A DNA stretch of 64,000 bases, taken from the NCBI RefSeq assembly GCF_001194135.2, contig NC_068987.1, positions 93,873,926 through 93,937,925 of the forward strand, written 5' to 3'. This stretch comes from Octopus bimaculoides (Eukaryota). The notes under the pieces were generated by a model, which saw only the letters and a list, made by a program, of their open reading frames with translations, made no database searches and was not told where the DNA came from. The number at the start of each line of letters is the position of its first letter. Positions within the stretch are counted from its first letter, which is position 1. This document shows positions 49,119-63,030 of this stretch, one piece after another. The position numbers were made by a program, and so were the translations under genes.

Positions 49119-49422
49119 AAATATATATATATGTATTAATATATAAAGCGTGAGAAAGAGAGAGAAAGACAAAGGGCGGGAGAGAGACGATGTTTCAGAT
49201 AAACACGGTTAGGCATTATAGATATAAATATACGTATATACATATATATATATATATATAGAAACACATATATACATACAGGCATACATACAAAGATACA
49301 TATGCAAATATATATCTATATATGCATAAACACATATGTATGTATGTATATATATATAAATAAATAATTTCGTTTTGGCATTTGGTTTGCAAGATTCTTT
49401 ATGCGAGTTCGTGTGTTGAAGC

Positions 49423-49573
49423 ATATTCTGTTGTGTCTGGGGAGAGTCATTCTCTTTTAGTGCCTTATAAAATTTCCACAATGAATAAATAAATGAGTGG
49501 AAATTTTACCGGTGAGTGTGTTAAATTATAAGGCATTAATAGAGAATGACTCTCCCCAGACACAACAGAATAT
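49423..49573. repeat. Fold-back inverted repeat, 48-bp arms (46/48) with an inner 9-bp stem
   Basis: Arms 49423-49470 and 49526-49573; inner AATTTCCAC/GTGGAAATT. Confidence 0.9.
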
Positions 49574-49601
49574 ACATATAAATGTATATATATATATATA
49601 T

Positions 49602-49662
<61 letters not shown>

Positions 49663-49685
49663 TGCATACATACAGACAGGCAGGC

Positions 49686-49766
<81 letters not shown>

Positions 49767-50064
49767 TTCAGCAGATAAACATATATGTACAAGGATAGAT
49801 TGAGAAACAAATATACTTATATAGAGCATAAAAAACACAGAATACTAAGGAAAGAATGCATAGCTTTTAAGCTCGACAACTCGTTGTGCATAATAAGCAG
49901 ATGAAATATGCGCAAACTCATTAAGCAAACATTCTCTTTCATAATTGTGAACATTACTATTAATGCGTAACTCCGAGCTTCTAGAAACAGCTGGCAAATT
50001 AGAAAGCTATGCATACTCCCCTGAGCATTATGCATTTTTAAATACTCTATGTAAGTTTATTTGT

Positions 50065-50104
<40 letters not shown>

Positions 50105-51918
50105 NNNNNNNNNNNNNNNNNNNNNNNNNNNNNNNNNNNNNNNNNNNNNNNNNNNNNNNNNNNNNNNNNNNNNNNNNNNNNNNNNNNNNNNNNNNNNNNN
50201 NNNNNNNNNNNNNNNNNNNNNNNNNNNNNNNNNNNNNNNNNNNNNNNNNNNNNNNNNNNNNNNNNNNNNNNNNNNNNNNNNNNNNNNNNNNNNNNNNNNN
50301 NNNNNNNNNNNNNNNNNNNNNNNNNNNNNNNNNNNNNNNNNNNNNNNNNNNNNNNNNNNNNNNNNNNNNNNNNNNNNNNNNNNNNNNNNNNNNNNNNNNN
50401 NNNNNNNNNNNNNNNNNNNNNNNNNNNNNNNNNNNNNNNNNNNNNNNNNNNNNNNNNNNNNNNNNNNNNNNNNNNNNNNNNNNNNNNNNNNNNNNNNNNN
50501 NNNNNNNNNNNNNNNNNNNNNNNNNNNNNNNNNNNNNNNNNNNNNNNNNNNNNNNNNNNNNNNNNNNNNNNNNNNNNNNNNNNNNNNNNNNNNNNNNNNN
50601 NNNNNNNNNNNNNNNNNNNNNNNNNNNNNNNNNNNNNNNNNNNNNNNNNNNNNNNNNNNNNNNNNNNNNNNNNNNNNNNNNNNNNNNNNNNNNNNNNNNN
50701 NNNNNNNNNNNNNNNNNNNNNNNNNNNNNNNNNNNNNNNNNNNNNNNNNNNNNNNNNNNNNNNNNNNNNNNNNNNNNNNNNNNNNNNNNNNNNNNNNNNN
50801 NNNNNNNNNNNNNNNNNNNNNNNNNNNNNNNNNNNNNNNNNNNNNNNNNNNNNNNNNNNNNNNNNNNNNNNNNNNNNNNNNNNNNNNNNNNNNNNNNNNN
50901 NNNNNNNNNNNNNNNNNNNNNNNNNNNNNNNNNNNNNNNNNNNNNNNNNNNNNNNNNNNNNNNNNNNNNNNNNNNNNNNNNNNNNNNNNNNNNNNNNNNN
51001 NNNNNNNNNNNNNNNNNNNNNNNNNNNNNNNNNNNNNNNNNNNNNNNNNNNNNNNNNNNNNNNNNNNNNNNNNNNNNNNNNNNNNNNNNNNNNNTGAGAA
51101 AGGAGTTTCAAAAAATTCACATGATCTGAATTTTTTCCCTCATAACTTACTGGAAGATGGCCATCTTTTAATGAAAAATTATAGAAATTCCTTTCAAACG
51201 GCATAGATTACGATTATAAAGAAATTCATGGGAAAATGGTTTTCGCGAATTTTCCCCATTTTTTTAAACCACAGTCTTCGAAATGATTGGGTTGGGTGGG
51301 GGCATCTTTGTATGAAAAATGTTTCGAAAACACTTTTTTTTTACACCCCACTCCCTTATCATCCTACTCTGGACCTATTTTGGACAATTTTTTTTTTTTG
51401 CACTTCAAGACCATGGGAAGAGCATTTTCGGTAAAAATATTTGAAAAAATTGTTAATATTTTCAGAGGTTAAGGTGAGTGATTTAAGGGTGATTTGACTG
51501 TTGTTTCTAGCGCATCTAAAGACAACTCTCCTCGTTTCTTTACTACTCTCCCTTGTATTGATGTTTTTCAATATTTCTTCCCCATAAAAATATTTATATA
51601 CTATAAAAGAGAAAATTTGAGAAACTATGAATTTTGTGCAACCCCACTTCCTACCTCCGATGGTTTCTGTTTAGAAATAACAAATATTGGAGAGCCTGAG
51701 AAGGTCATGGTCGACATTTTTCCTCAGTGATTTTAAAAAGTACGGAGATGTACTTGCAGGGCAAGTGACTTCATCTGAGGTCATGTGCTAAAACAAAAAC
51801 AATTGCAGCCTGGAAGATGTTTTTAAACCATTCAAGAACACACAAAAACCGTTAGGTTCACTTCAACATTAAGACTTCATTTCTGTCAAAATATTTTCGT
51901 CGCTTTGAATCTGCGACT

Positions 51919-51974
51919 TGTTCACTGACAAAACTTCACAAAAGTGATGCAGCGCAAAGTTTTGTCAGTGAACA
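51919..51974. repeat. Perfect 18-bp inverted repeat, 20-nt loop
   Basis: TGTTCACTGACAAAACTT / AAGTTTTGTCAGTGAACA. Confidence 0.9.
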
Positions 51975-52852
51975 TCACAGACACAAGCACGCACGCACGC
52001 ACGCACGCGCATCCACTCACACACATTCATTAATTTTCATGTGTGTGTATATGTATCTATGTGTATACGCGCGAGTGTGTATTGGTGCGTGTGTGTGTGT
52101 GTGTATGTGTCACTGTTGAAGTTGTGTTTGGAAACTGTGAATAACGTGCAAGTTTCAAGTACTTGTCGGTAACCTTTTGTTTTTTCTCCTCGTCTTCTAA
52201 TAGTAATTACCCAACTTTCTAGCCTCTTCTCACAGCCATCTCGTGTTCAAAAATTATACGAGTATAGTAAAAATTTTCATTCAATAAATAATATTCTTGC
52301 ATTATGTATACACTAATAGCGAATTAAAACTTTAAAGAGGAAGTGAGAGACTTTGCAAATGAAAATAGAATGCTCTGCAGTGAATGCAATTAATATTTAA
52401 ATTTGTGATGAATTGGACGCAATGAATTTTTAAATTTGTGAGAAATCGGAGTTTAAAAAATTCAATAAACCTGAGAAATCGATATTATAGGCAATTTGTT
52501 AGAACATGAATTTATAAAACTATTTCCAGACGGTCAACCCTTTAATAATTGTTTTCTTTAAGTACTTTTGGTAACTGTTACATACCTAATTAATAAGCAG
52601 CTTTCTCCATTATAGTATAGATATGGGTGTATATATGTATATATATGTATGTGTGTGTGTGTGGAGGGGGGTGCGAAGCCTAATCGTGTTTATCTGCATC
52701 CCTATGGCCATACCAAGACTCCTGAATTCCTTTTACTTTAATCCGTGGACATAGTCTTCGATGAAGATTTCAGAATTTTAATTCGAATCAGCTGAGCACT
52801 ACTACCTGTTTTCTATTTTGAGCATGTCTAGTTTTCACCTTTTGAGTCTCCA

Positions 52853-52900
52853 TGCTCCAGCATGGCCCCAATGAAGTGACTGAAACAAGTGAAAGAACGA
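52853..52900 (+). mobile_element. SINE-A tail fragment
   Basis: TGCTCCAGCATGGCC...TGACTGAAACAAGTGAAAG. Confidence 0.55.
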
Positions 52901-55480
52901 AGGTATATATGTATGTACGTATGTATGTAGACAGATAGATAATATGGAGAGTGGTTTGCGAAATGTGATCTAATCGAAATAATTCTGGGTAGCGAGTGGC
53001 ATGAATGTGGATGATGAAGACAAATAAAGTCTTTTAATTCCACTAAATTTATACTAAATATAATAGTAAATAATATTTGCATATTGAAAACCAGCTTTAC
53101 TTCGGCAGATTCTGGGCGAATGTCTTTCGGAAGAGTGACCGTTAATAAGAAGGGCGAATCAAAAATACGTCAGAATCTTTGGTTCTTGAGAATTCTCGTA
53201 TGGCTATAAGTTTTTAGGTGCCTGTGTGTACAAAAGTTTATTTCGAGTGTGGATTTAACCGTTCAGTCTCCAAGAAATATATGAGAAAAGAACATGACAC
53301 GATGTAAATTATAATTAAAATACTTTTAATTATGTCGGTTTCCATATCTGTATGCATGCATATAAGACGGTATCTAAATATGTATATATGTATATATTTA
53401 TGTATATAGGTATGTAATGTGAGAAAAGTAAGATGATATGCGAATACGTAATTACCAAAAAGATGAGTATTGACCAAGTGGAAAGTCCCAGCTCTTGTAC
53501 AAAGAGCAACTACCGCTCTTCGTCGAGAGATTCTTCAAGCAGCGAGATATCAGATTCAAAAACCAAAATAATCTATCCAATGAAATGAATGAAGTGTCCA
53601 GCATTGGTCAAGAATCTAGACAATCATAGGTTTCGAAGCAAGCTTAGGCGAAAGTACAACGAATGCACAATGTCTCATAGACTTATTTTGAATATTCTTG
53701 ATCGCTCCTAACAAAATTTAAGAAGCGAATTCTGCCAGTCATGCCAAAGGGTATATCTGCTAACAAGCTAAGAGCTTGCCTCACACAAAACTATATTTGG
53801 AGACAAGAGACAAAGATCTTCGCCTTTCAACCAGGATAAGATCTCTGTTTAATAAAGAAGCCACGGAATTTTAGGTTGCATAAGTTTTCTTTCAATCGAA
53901 AAATACTGAATGGCCAATCAACCGCGCATCAAAGTCGTCAGCGTTAACCAGACGCACCCGTCCGTCTCATTCCGAGACAAGATGCAGTCAGCCTAAGAGC
54001 TTTTAGAGAATGCAATACATTTATGTTAGAATTGCTTCTATCTTCTGCTGCATGCCAATTTAGAATTTCAAAACAATACACGAAATTAAACAGAAATATG
54101 GTATTTTTGTAAATCACTAAATTAAAATTATCAATCAACACAATCTCGGGTGAAATGTCTAAAAGATTGGTGGAGGTTTCTGATATGAGAAAAGTGAAAC
54201 GCTTTGAGAAATGAAGAACAAAGCGATGAGTTGATCGCAGAAGGAGGACAAGGCGTTGATACAATCGTCTTTATATATTGACCGTACAGCTCTGCTGGGT
54301 CCTTACGATTACTGATGAGAAGATATGGGTTCCGATATAACCGACAAATAGTTTCATAAACGTGGGAGCCATTTCCATTTCTACAGAAACCTATATATGT
54401 GTGCCTGTGTATGTTTGTTAGTATGTATTTGTGTGTTTATATTCTGAGGGATTAAGTGAAGAAGTGTATGTATGTGTATAAATGGGACTGAGAGCTGGAA
54501 ATGTTAAAAAAAGACAATGTTTGTCATAACACTTCTTATCAACCACAAACCTGTTATAGCAGCTTATAGTTTTTTTCCTGAAACTCCGTTCTTGACCTGT
54601 TTCGCCGCCACGGACCTCGGACCTTCGATGCTTTCTTTCTTTTCGTTCATACATTATTTTCGGTTTCATCGTCTAATAAATTTGCTGAAGATCGCTTGAG
54701 AATTTACGAAATTGTCTGAAAACAAACAAAGAAACCGCAACGTTTATAGACTTAGGTATTATGAGGGAAATAAATTAATAATGCTGATAACAATGAATAT
54801 TTGATAAATACAAAGAATAAAAAACAGAAACAGATGAAACTTGCGGGTGTCTGAGTTGGTAAAAATTGTTGGCCAAATTTCAACAACTGGGACAAATAAA
54901 AGGTAAAAGATATTAAATTTTGAAGCTTTTTGGCGATTTTCGATTTTCTTAGTTTTTAGAACAAAATAGTTTGAAAATTTTAATGATTTTTATGCAGTAA
55001 CTAGTAAAGAATTAGGTATTCAAAATGCGTATTAGATTAGAAATAAGAGAGAGGGGGGGGGAGAAAAGAAAAGAGTGTGGAAGAGAGAACAAGGAAGGCG
55101 AGTATTAACTACCAATATTAAATAGGGAGGCTTTGGGAAAGTCAGTTACAGGATAATTTGTTTGTACGGTCACATTGATGCGCGTAGGGTATAACGATTC
55201 TCCTGTCGATTTCGATTGATGAGGGCCCAATGGCCTTAGTTATTAGATTAAGTCACATAGATTAGTTGTCTTCAGAGGTGAAGGTTTGTGTAGTAACAGC
55301 AATATTTATTGAAAACGCTGACGGCAGAAAACTTGTGCAAGTATTTGTCACGAACTTAATAAACAACATACCTAAAATCTTTTCAATGAGGTTTCCTCTG
55401 TCTTTTGACTTAGTAGATTTGTCACGCTTTAGAGTCAACCCACATTGCCATGTTAAATCCGTACCTTTCTCTGCACACAT

Positions 55481-55561
<81 letters not shown>

Positions 55562-55717
55562 AACGACGGGCTTCTTTCAGTTTCTGTCTACCAAACCCAT
55601 TCACAAGGCCTTGCCCAGAGCGAGGCTATAGCAGAAGACACTTGTCCAAGGTGCCATGCAGATGGAGTGAACTCAGAGCCATGTGTTTTCGAAGCAGACT
55701 GCTTACCACGCAGCCAC
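55562..55717 (-). mobile_element. SINE-A 5' half, uninterrupted head
   Basis: Aligns with 31770-31924. Confidence 0.85.
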
Positions 55718-57162
55718 CACATTCAGTCTACAGGCATCGCCCAGAGCGTACATTATATTTAAACCTGCATTAAATCTTGGCCACATTTTTCTCGTTCGTT
55801 GCTGGTTTCCAATGCTTCAATTATTGGTTCGTTGTAATTCTGCAACTCAAGGATTTCATGTCGACATGGCTTTTTTTTTTCTCTCGGGGATTTGATTTGT
55901 CTGTCTTCAAACTCGACCATTCAAATCAACCTTTTGTTGCTAAAAAGGCTTATAATGTGTGATTCTGCTGTCAACCAATGACCGATTTCAGCTTTTAATA
56001 CTTGGTTTATTGTCACTTTTGACCAGTCACGATCTGTTTTAACGTTTGGCGATAATGTGAAAATTAAAACCTGAAATAAACTTTTACTGATCAAATGCAA
56101 AAATAGTGAAAAATGCTTCTTTTAAGCAGAAAGACATTTCATTCTGAGAATGAGTTCACGTTATTTGTTGCTTTCTTTCTTTTATATTTGTCTACATTCA
56201 CAGTAATACACAAAGAACGTTCATCACGTAATTCACCATTTATGATACAACAAGGAACTTTAATACTGAACTCTGAAATTTCTCTAAAGCCACAAAATCA
56301 TTTTCTTATTATTTATCGAACAATTTTCAGCATTTCGCTGTTATTTGAATAAATTTCTCTGACAAAATATTTTAAAGAAATTTTTGAATGCAAGAAGTGG
56401 ATTTTGCTAATGTTTTCCAGAATTCCAATTTAATAGAACATCTTACTTCTATTGAAAAGAATTTTCCGATTCATATCTGTATTCGAAAAATTTTTCGACT
56501 CAAGTATCACCTTTATTCTCAAATGTGTTAAGTGCTTCGATATGCTTTAAAAATATGTTTTCAAATTCCGTGACTTTATAGCTTTCGCCAAAGATTACGG
56601 CTAAATATATTTGGAACAGTTCGTCATACATACATACATACATACATACATACATACAGAAAGACAGACTGACAGACAGACAGACAGACAGACAGACATA
56701 TGTGTGTTTGTGTGTATGCATATATACCAATATGTGTGTGTGCATAGACACGTACACACATACGTACTCACAGAGACAGACACACACACACACACACACA
56801 CACATACACATACACATATATACAATTGGTTTCCTATGTACACATCGTTGTTGTGATTGCTGCTGTTGTTTGTAACCTCTGGATGTTCTCGGTGTTAGTG
56901 TATGCTTAACCACAACGGACGATCAGGGCAAAACTTGATTGCATTATGTTACAGAGAATAAATGTTATCATCAGTTTTCCTGTATTTGCTCAGTAATATC
57001 ATAACTTGTCACACAACGAAACGTAAGAATGATCAAAAGCACTGTAATGGAAGCAAACTGGATGATGAGAAACTACGGGGAGCTCTACACTCAACGGTTG
57101 ATATACGAACTATGTGTATGTGTGTATGTGTGTGCGTGTGCGTGCGTGCGTGTGTGTGAATG

Positions 57163-57369
57163 AATGAAGACCTTCACTACCAATCGAACTGGAGGCGCAA
57201 CGGAAAATTTCTGACAGCCAATGCCAAGAAGAACGGCTTGAAGAAGGCAAAGAAGCTGCTTTGAAAGCTGAGGTGTCCTACTGAGTCGAAGGGGATCTGG
57301 TTTTCCTCAGATGAAAAAAACTTCTGCCAGGACCAGTTCGACAACATCCAGAACAATAGATGGCTAGCA
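57163..57369 (+). mobile_element. Tc1/mariner (maT/DD37D-like) transposase fragment
   Basis: NEDLHYQS..AKKLL*KL..IWFSSDEKNFCQDQFDNIQNNRWLA, containing the first catalytic Asp motif SDEK. The subfamily call is from motif recall. Confidence 0.7.
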
Positions 57370-57524
57370 ATGGTGGTATTGCTGTTTAGAATAACACCTA
57401 CGCAAATTTTATAAACAATGCATTCAAAACAGATATTTCAAGAATTCAATCACTACAATCATCCACAACGGGTCATTTTCAGGACACTTTACCATTTAAC
57501 ATACAACTATCATGGCACTCCCGT

Positions 57525-57592
57525 CTTCTTCTTCTTCTTCTTCTTCTTCTTCTTCTTCTTCTTCTTCTTCTTCTTCTTCTTCTTCTTCTTCT

Positions 57593-57624
<32 letters not shown>

Positions 57625-57720
57625 TTCGTCGTTGTCGTCTTTGTCATCGTCTTCTTCTTCTTCTTCTTCTTCTTCTTCTTCTTCTTCTTCTTCTTCTTCT
57701 TCTTCTTCTTCTTCTTCTTC
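57525..57720. repeat. (TTC)n/(GTC)n compound microsatellite abutting a gap
   Basis: Direct inspection. Confidence 0.95.
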
Positions 57721-58345
57721 NNNNNNNNNNNNNNNNNNNNNNNNNNNNNNNNNNNNNNNNNNNNNNNNNNNNNNNNNNNNNNNNNNNNNNNNNNNNNNNN
57801 NNNNNNNNNNNNNNNNNNNNNNNNNNNNNNNNNNNNNNNNNNNNNNNNNNNNNNNNNNNNNNNNNNNNNNNNNNNNNNNNNNNNNNNNNNNNNNNNNNNN
57901 NNNNNNNNNNNNNNNNNNNNNNNNNNNNNNNNNNNNNNNNNNNNNNNNNNNNNNNNNNNNNNNNNNNNNNNNNNNNNNNNNNNNNNNNNNNNNNNNNNNN
58001 NNNNNNNNNNNNNNNNNNNNNNNNNNNNNNNNNNNNNNNNNNNNNNNNNNNNNNNNNNNNNNNNNNNNNNNNNNNNNNNNNNNNNNNNNNNNNNNNNNNN
58101 NNNNNNNNNNNNNNNNNNNNNNNNNNNNNNNNNNNNNNNNNNNNNNNNNNNNNNNNNNNNNNNNNNNNNNNNNNNNNNNNNNNNNNNNNNNNNNNNNNNN
58201 NNNNNNNNNNNNNNNNNNNNNNNNNNNNNNNNNNNNNNNNNNNNNNNNNNNNNNNNNNNNNNNNNNNNNNNNNNNNNNNNNNNNNNNNNNNNNNNNNNNN
58301 NNNNNNNNNNNNNNNNNNNNNNNNNNNNNNNNNNNNNNNNNNNNN

Positions 58346-58415
<70 letters not shown>

Positions 58416-58971
58416 CATATATATGTTTTTGTCTGACGCCAGGAAAATGAATTTCCTGCCACTGTAATGCCATTCGCTTTCTTACGGTCTTTACATTTTA
58501 CCACGTCTTAAACATGCTAAATCTTAAACTAGTTTTTCGGAAACATGCGTACAAGTTCTACGCTATTTTGAAATTTGGTTCCTACTTCTGGAACTGATAC
58601 ATTTTTTAACTGTTGCTTCACGTGTCATTATGTATGTTATATTTTTTTAAATTTCTTTTTATTATTTTGCTATCGTTGCTTTTCCTTTCCTGTTACTAGC
58701 ATATATTTACGAAATTATGATATCATATTAATTAGAATGACATGATTATTTTTTAAAATTGAAACCTGTTGTATATATAAACATTCAGAATGTTAATGTA
58801 TCCAGTCGGTTTCACTTTTAATTGTAATGTTCCACAGAAAACGTTTATCATAAAGATTTCATAGCATTTATTTATTCTTATATATTTATAGTATTATTTC
58901 TTGCATGTTTCTTTCATTGAACTACGATTGTTTGGATTATGTGTACGTGTGTGTGTGCGTATGTATGTATG

Positions 58972-59002
<31 letters not shown>

Positions 59003-60732
59003 GCATTCATTTATGTATGTATATCTTTAGCTTGTCGCTAACAAAGTAACAAGACGCTTTTGTTGAAGATTTGTCATTATTGGAACTCTTGGATTTTGTG
59101 AATCGGTGAATTGATTGGTTGCATTTGTTACTATTTAGCTGCTCGATTTCACATACACACAAACACACATACATCCATACATACATACATACATGCATAC
59201 ATACATGTGTGTGCATGTTTCTTCCTTTTCAGTTTGTTGATTAATAGATTTGGTACAGTGTATAATGTGAGTTATTGCAGTGTGTATCTTGGATCTTTCT
59301 GTTCTCGTCTCAAATCTGTTTTGTATTATTGGCCTCCTTGTGGTAAGAGACTCTGCCTTCAAGACTGCATTTAAGTTGCTATGTTTCCAAAGCCAAAGAG
59401 CTACAACGATTGGAACAGCATCACGCCTGATCTCTACTTGAAGAGAAGTAAAGTCAAGGATGGAAAGCTTTCCTTGAAGTCGGTTTACTTACTTCTACCT
59501 CTTGCTGTATAATTAAACATGAATCTATGTTCAGAAAGTCTTGTCTTCTCAGAACCCTGTTGTGAATAAAATAATTAGAAAACCACGTTAAATCGCATGT
59601 TACACAATATCTAATTTGGCAACCAAGAACGGAGCCGAAATGCCGTAGTTTCTCCTGGTAGAAACAGTGACGAAATTTCTCGTTAAGGATATCCTTCCAT
59701 CTTCAAAGAAGCGAAACAATACACAGTATTTTCATTGAAACTCACTAAAAAAAAAGAAAGCTGTCTCCTTCTCAGTTGGCCAATAGGTGCAGAATTACAG
59801 TTAAGTAACATAGAACACAACACCGAATCACGCTGGCTAGTTGCTTGCATCTACATCTTGATGGTTCAGGTTGTTATTGTTTTTTAAGATATAGAGAATA
59901 CAGTGAAAGACTGAAAAGGTAGCAGTGGTAGACTGGGATCAATTGAAGCAGCATCTGTATCGCACTTGACGATGAGCTACGACTGCTGGAATGTGGGAAA
60001 CGAAGTGGGGAAAAGGAAGAAGTGAAGAAAGAAAAAGTGAAGGAAGAAGACGACGATAATGGAGGAACTATATTACCAAATTAATTTCTCGTAAATATTT
60101 TTTAACGAACCAACCAAGACGTTGAGAATATAATAGGAGAGGACAAGAATGAATGTGTGAGAGAGGGAGACAAAGAGAGAGAGGGAGAGATGGGGAGAAA
60201 GTGTAAGATAAATATTGAGAATGAGAGGGGCTGATTGAAAGGAAGAAGGAAAAAGAAGAAACAATAAAGTATACACAGATAGAAAGAGAAAGAGAGATGG
60301 AAGAGCATGTTTTAGAAGAGAGAAAGAAGAAACCCGGGAGTCCATATCGGTATAAGAGAGAAATATATATAGAGAGAGAGCGGGAGAGGGAGAACGAGGG
60401 AGGGGCAAAAATTGAATTTCAAACTAAAACTTACACTTCGCCTCATTTCGAAAAAGACAGAAAGGAAATAACTGCGAATATAAGTGAGAGGAAATTGTGA
60501 TGATTGTAATGTCTAAATTTAGAATGTTGATTTTTGTTTTATCGCAATAAATGGAGGAATTAAGAAGTGCTCCAAGGCGTACACATTTAATCTGCTTCTC
60601 AGACGTTTAATCTCTTGCTCAAATTATCGAAATATAAAAGAAATTANNNNNNNNNNGAAGAAGAAGAAGAAGAAGAAGAAGAAGAAGAAGAAGAAATAAA
60701 TGATGAGAAGATAGACATTGATTATATATGCA

Positions 60733-60804
<72 letters not shown>

Positions 60805-61009
60805 CATGTATGTTCGTATATATGTAAATACACGTATAATTTATGCACTTGTACATAAAACATATGTGTGTGTCTATATATATTCGTAGTATATATTACT
60901 CAGGACACTTACAAATGCAAACACACTTAAAATACATAACAAAATAATAACACAAATCATAATAATAATAATTGCTGTTGCTGCTGTTATCATCATTACT
61001 GCATTGTTG

Positions 61010-61155
<146 letters not shown>

Positions 61156-61938
61156 GGTAATAATAAAAGAACTGTAATTTTAATCAANNNNNNNNNNNNN
61201 NNNNNNNNNNNNNNNNNNNNNNNNNNNNNNNNNNNNNNNNNNNNNNNNNNNNNNNNNNNNNNNNNNNNNNNNNNNNNNNNNNNNNNNNNNNNNNNNNNNN
61301 NNNNNNNNNNNNNNNNNNNNNNNNNNNNNNNNNNNNNNNNNNNNNNNNNNNNNNNNNNNNNNNNNNNNNNNNNNNNNNNNNNNNNNNNNNNNNNNNNNNN
61401 NNNNNNNNNNNNNNNNNNNNNNNNNNNNNNNNNNNNNNNNNNNNNNNNNNNNNNNNNNNNNNNNNNNNNNNNNNNNNNNNNNNNNNNNNNNNNNNNNNNN
61501 NNNNNNNNNNNNNNNNNNNNNNNNNNNNNNNNNNNNNNNNNNNNNNNNNNNNNNNNNNNNNNNNNNNNNNNNNNNNNNNNNNNNNNNNNNNNNNNNNNNN
61601 NNNNNNNNNNNNNNNNNNNNNNNNNNNNNNNNNNNNNNNNNNNNNNNNNNNNNNNNNNNNNNNNNNNNNNNNNNNNNNNNNNNNNNNNNNNNNNNNNNNN
61701 NNNNNNNNNNNNNNNNNNNNNNNNNNNNNNNNNNNNNNNNNNNNNNNNNNNNNNNNNNNNNNNNNNNNNNNNNNNNNNNNNNNNNNNNNNNNNNNNNNNN
61801 NNNNNNNNNNNNNNNNNNNNNNNNNNNNNNNNNNNNNNNNNNNNNNNNNNNNNNNNNNNNNNNNNNNNNNNNNNNNNNNNNNNNNNNNNNNNNNNNNNNN
61901 NNNNNNNNNNNNNNNNNNNNNNNNNNNNNNNNNNNNNN

Positions 61939-62001
<63 letters not shown>

Positions 62002-62848
62002 ATACATACATACTCATACACACATACATAGGCACAGAAATGCATACACACAGAGAGTATTGTAACAAATGAGGGAATAACAAGAAGAACAATAATAACG
62101 ATTGTAAGAAAAGCTAATGGCATTTGTGTGTAGGAAGTGGAAAGAAAGAAATTATTTTAAATCATTCTTTCGTTCTGCTGTGACAGATTTGATGGCTGCA
62201 TTAACTAATCTCCTCCTTCAAATTGGAATTACTTTCGCCACTTGAACAGCGACGTATCTGCTGCTTATTCTTGTTGCTGTTTTTGTTCGTTTTCTGTCTT
62301 CTTGTTGATTCTTCTTATCTGCCTTGTTGCTAGGTAACTGAAGCCATAGAAGGGAGGCGAGCAGGCGGATAGGGAGGTGTTTTCCTTTCTCATCCAGACT
62401 ACATCAAGTATTACTACAAACGATAGGCTGCTGACGATGTGTGTCTTATGTTGGTCAATAAGCTGACGTAATCATCGGATCGTTGTTCCAAACAAATGTC
62501 AGTGACACTTCTCTCAGTCTTCACTTTGCTGAAAACTGGTGCCACTGGTGAGGAACTCTTCTCTCATTAAATGTAAGGACACTTCTCAAACATTGGTTTA
62601 TGTTTCATCGGACCGACGAGGTATTTTTTCCAATTAAAGAGAATTGAACTCTGATAACTTAAAATGTTGTTTTGAATTTAGTATGTAGCACATAGATTCC
62701 TAGGATTTGAACTTATACCATCTATATTTAAAGTTAAATCTACTTACCATTAGTATTACCATATTTGGTAATGATAACCAATTGAACTTTATCATAATGC
62801 CTAATGACACTTTTTCCAGCCAATCGTGTTTGGTGTTAGCTTTGATAA

Positions 62849-63030
<182 letters not shown>

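Noticed and set aside
51095-51730. Possible MITE or DNA-transposon remnant
   Set aside because: No TIR, TSD or coding motif identified; left end lies in a gap.
53500-55280. Several degenerate hammerhead-like motifs (54312, 54685, 55200-55275) and a possible Penelope-like N-terminal frame near 53990-54220
   Set aside because: Cores or helices are broken and no diagnostic protein motif was found; too weak to call without a search.
59270-59510. Short protein-like frames and a possible small exon
   Set aside because: No recognisable family; boundaries ambiguous.
62150-62650. Complex sequence with partly open frames on both strands
   Set aside because: Many stops and no motif; cannot distinguish it from ordinary intronic or intergenic DNA.
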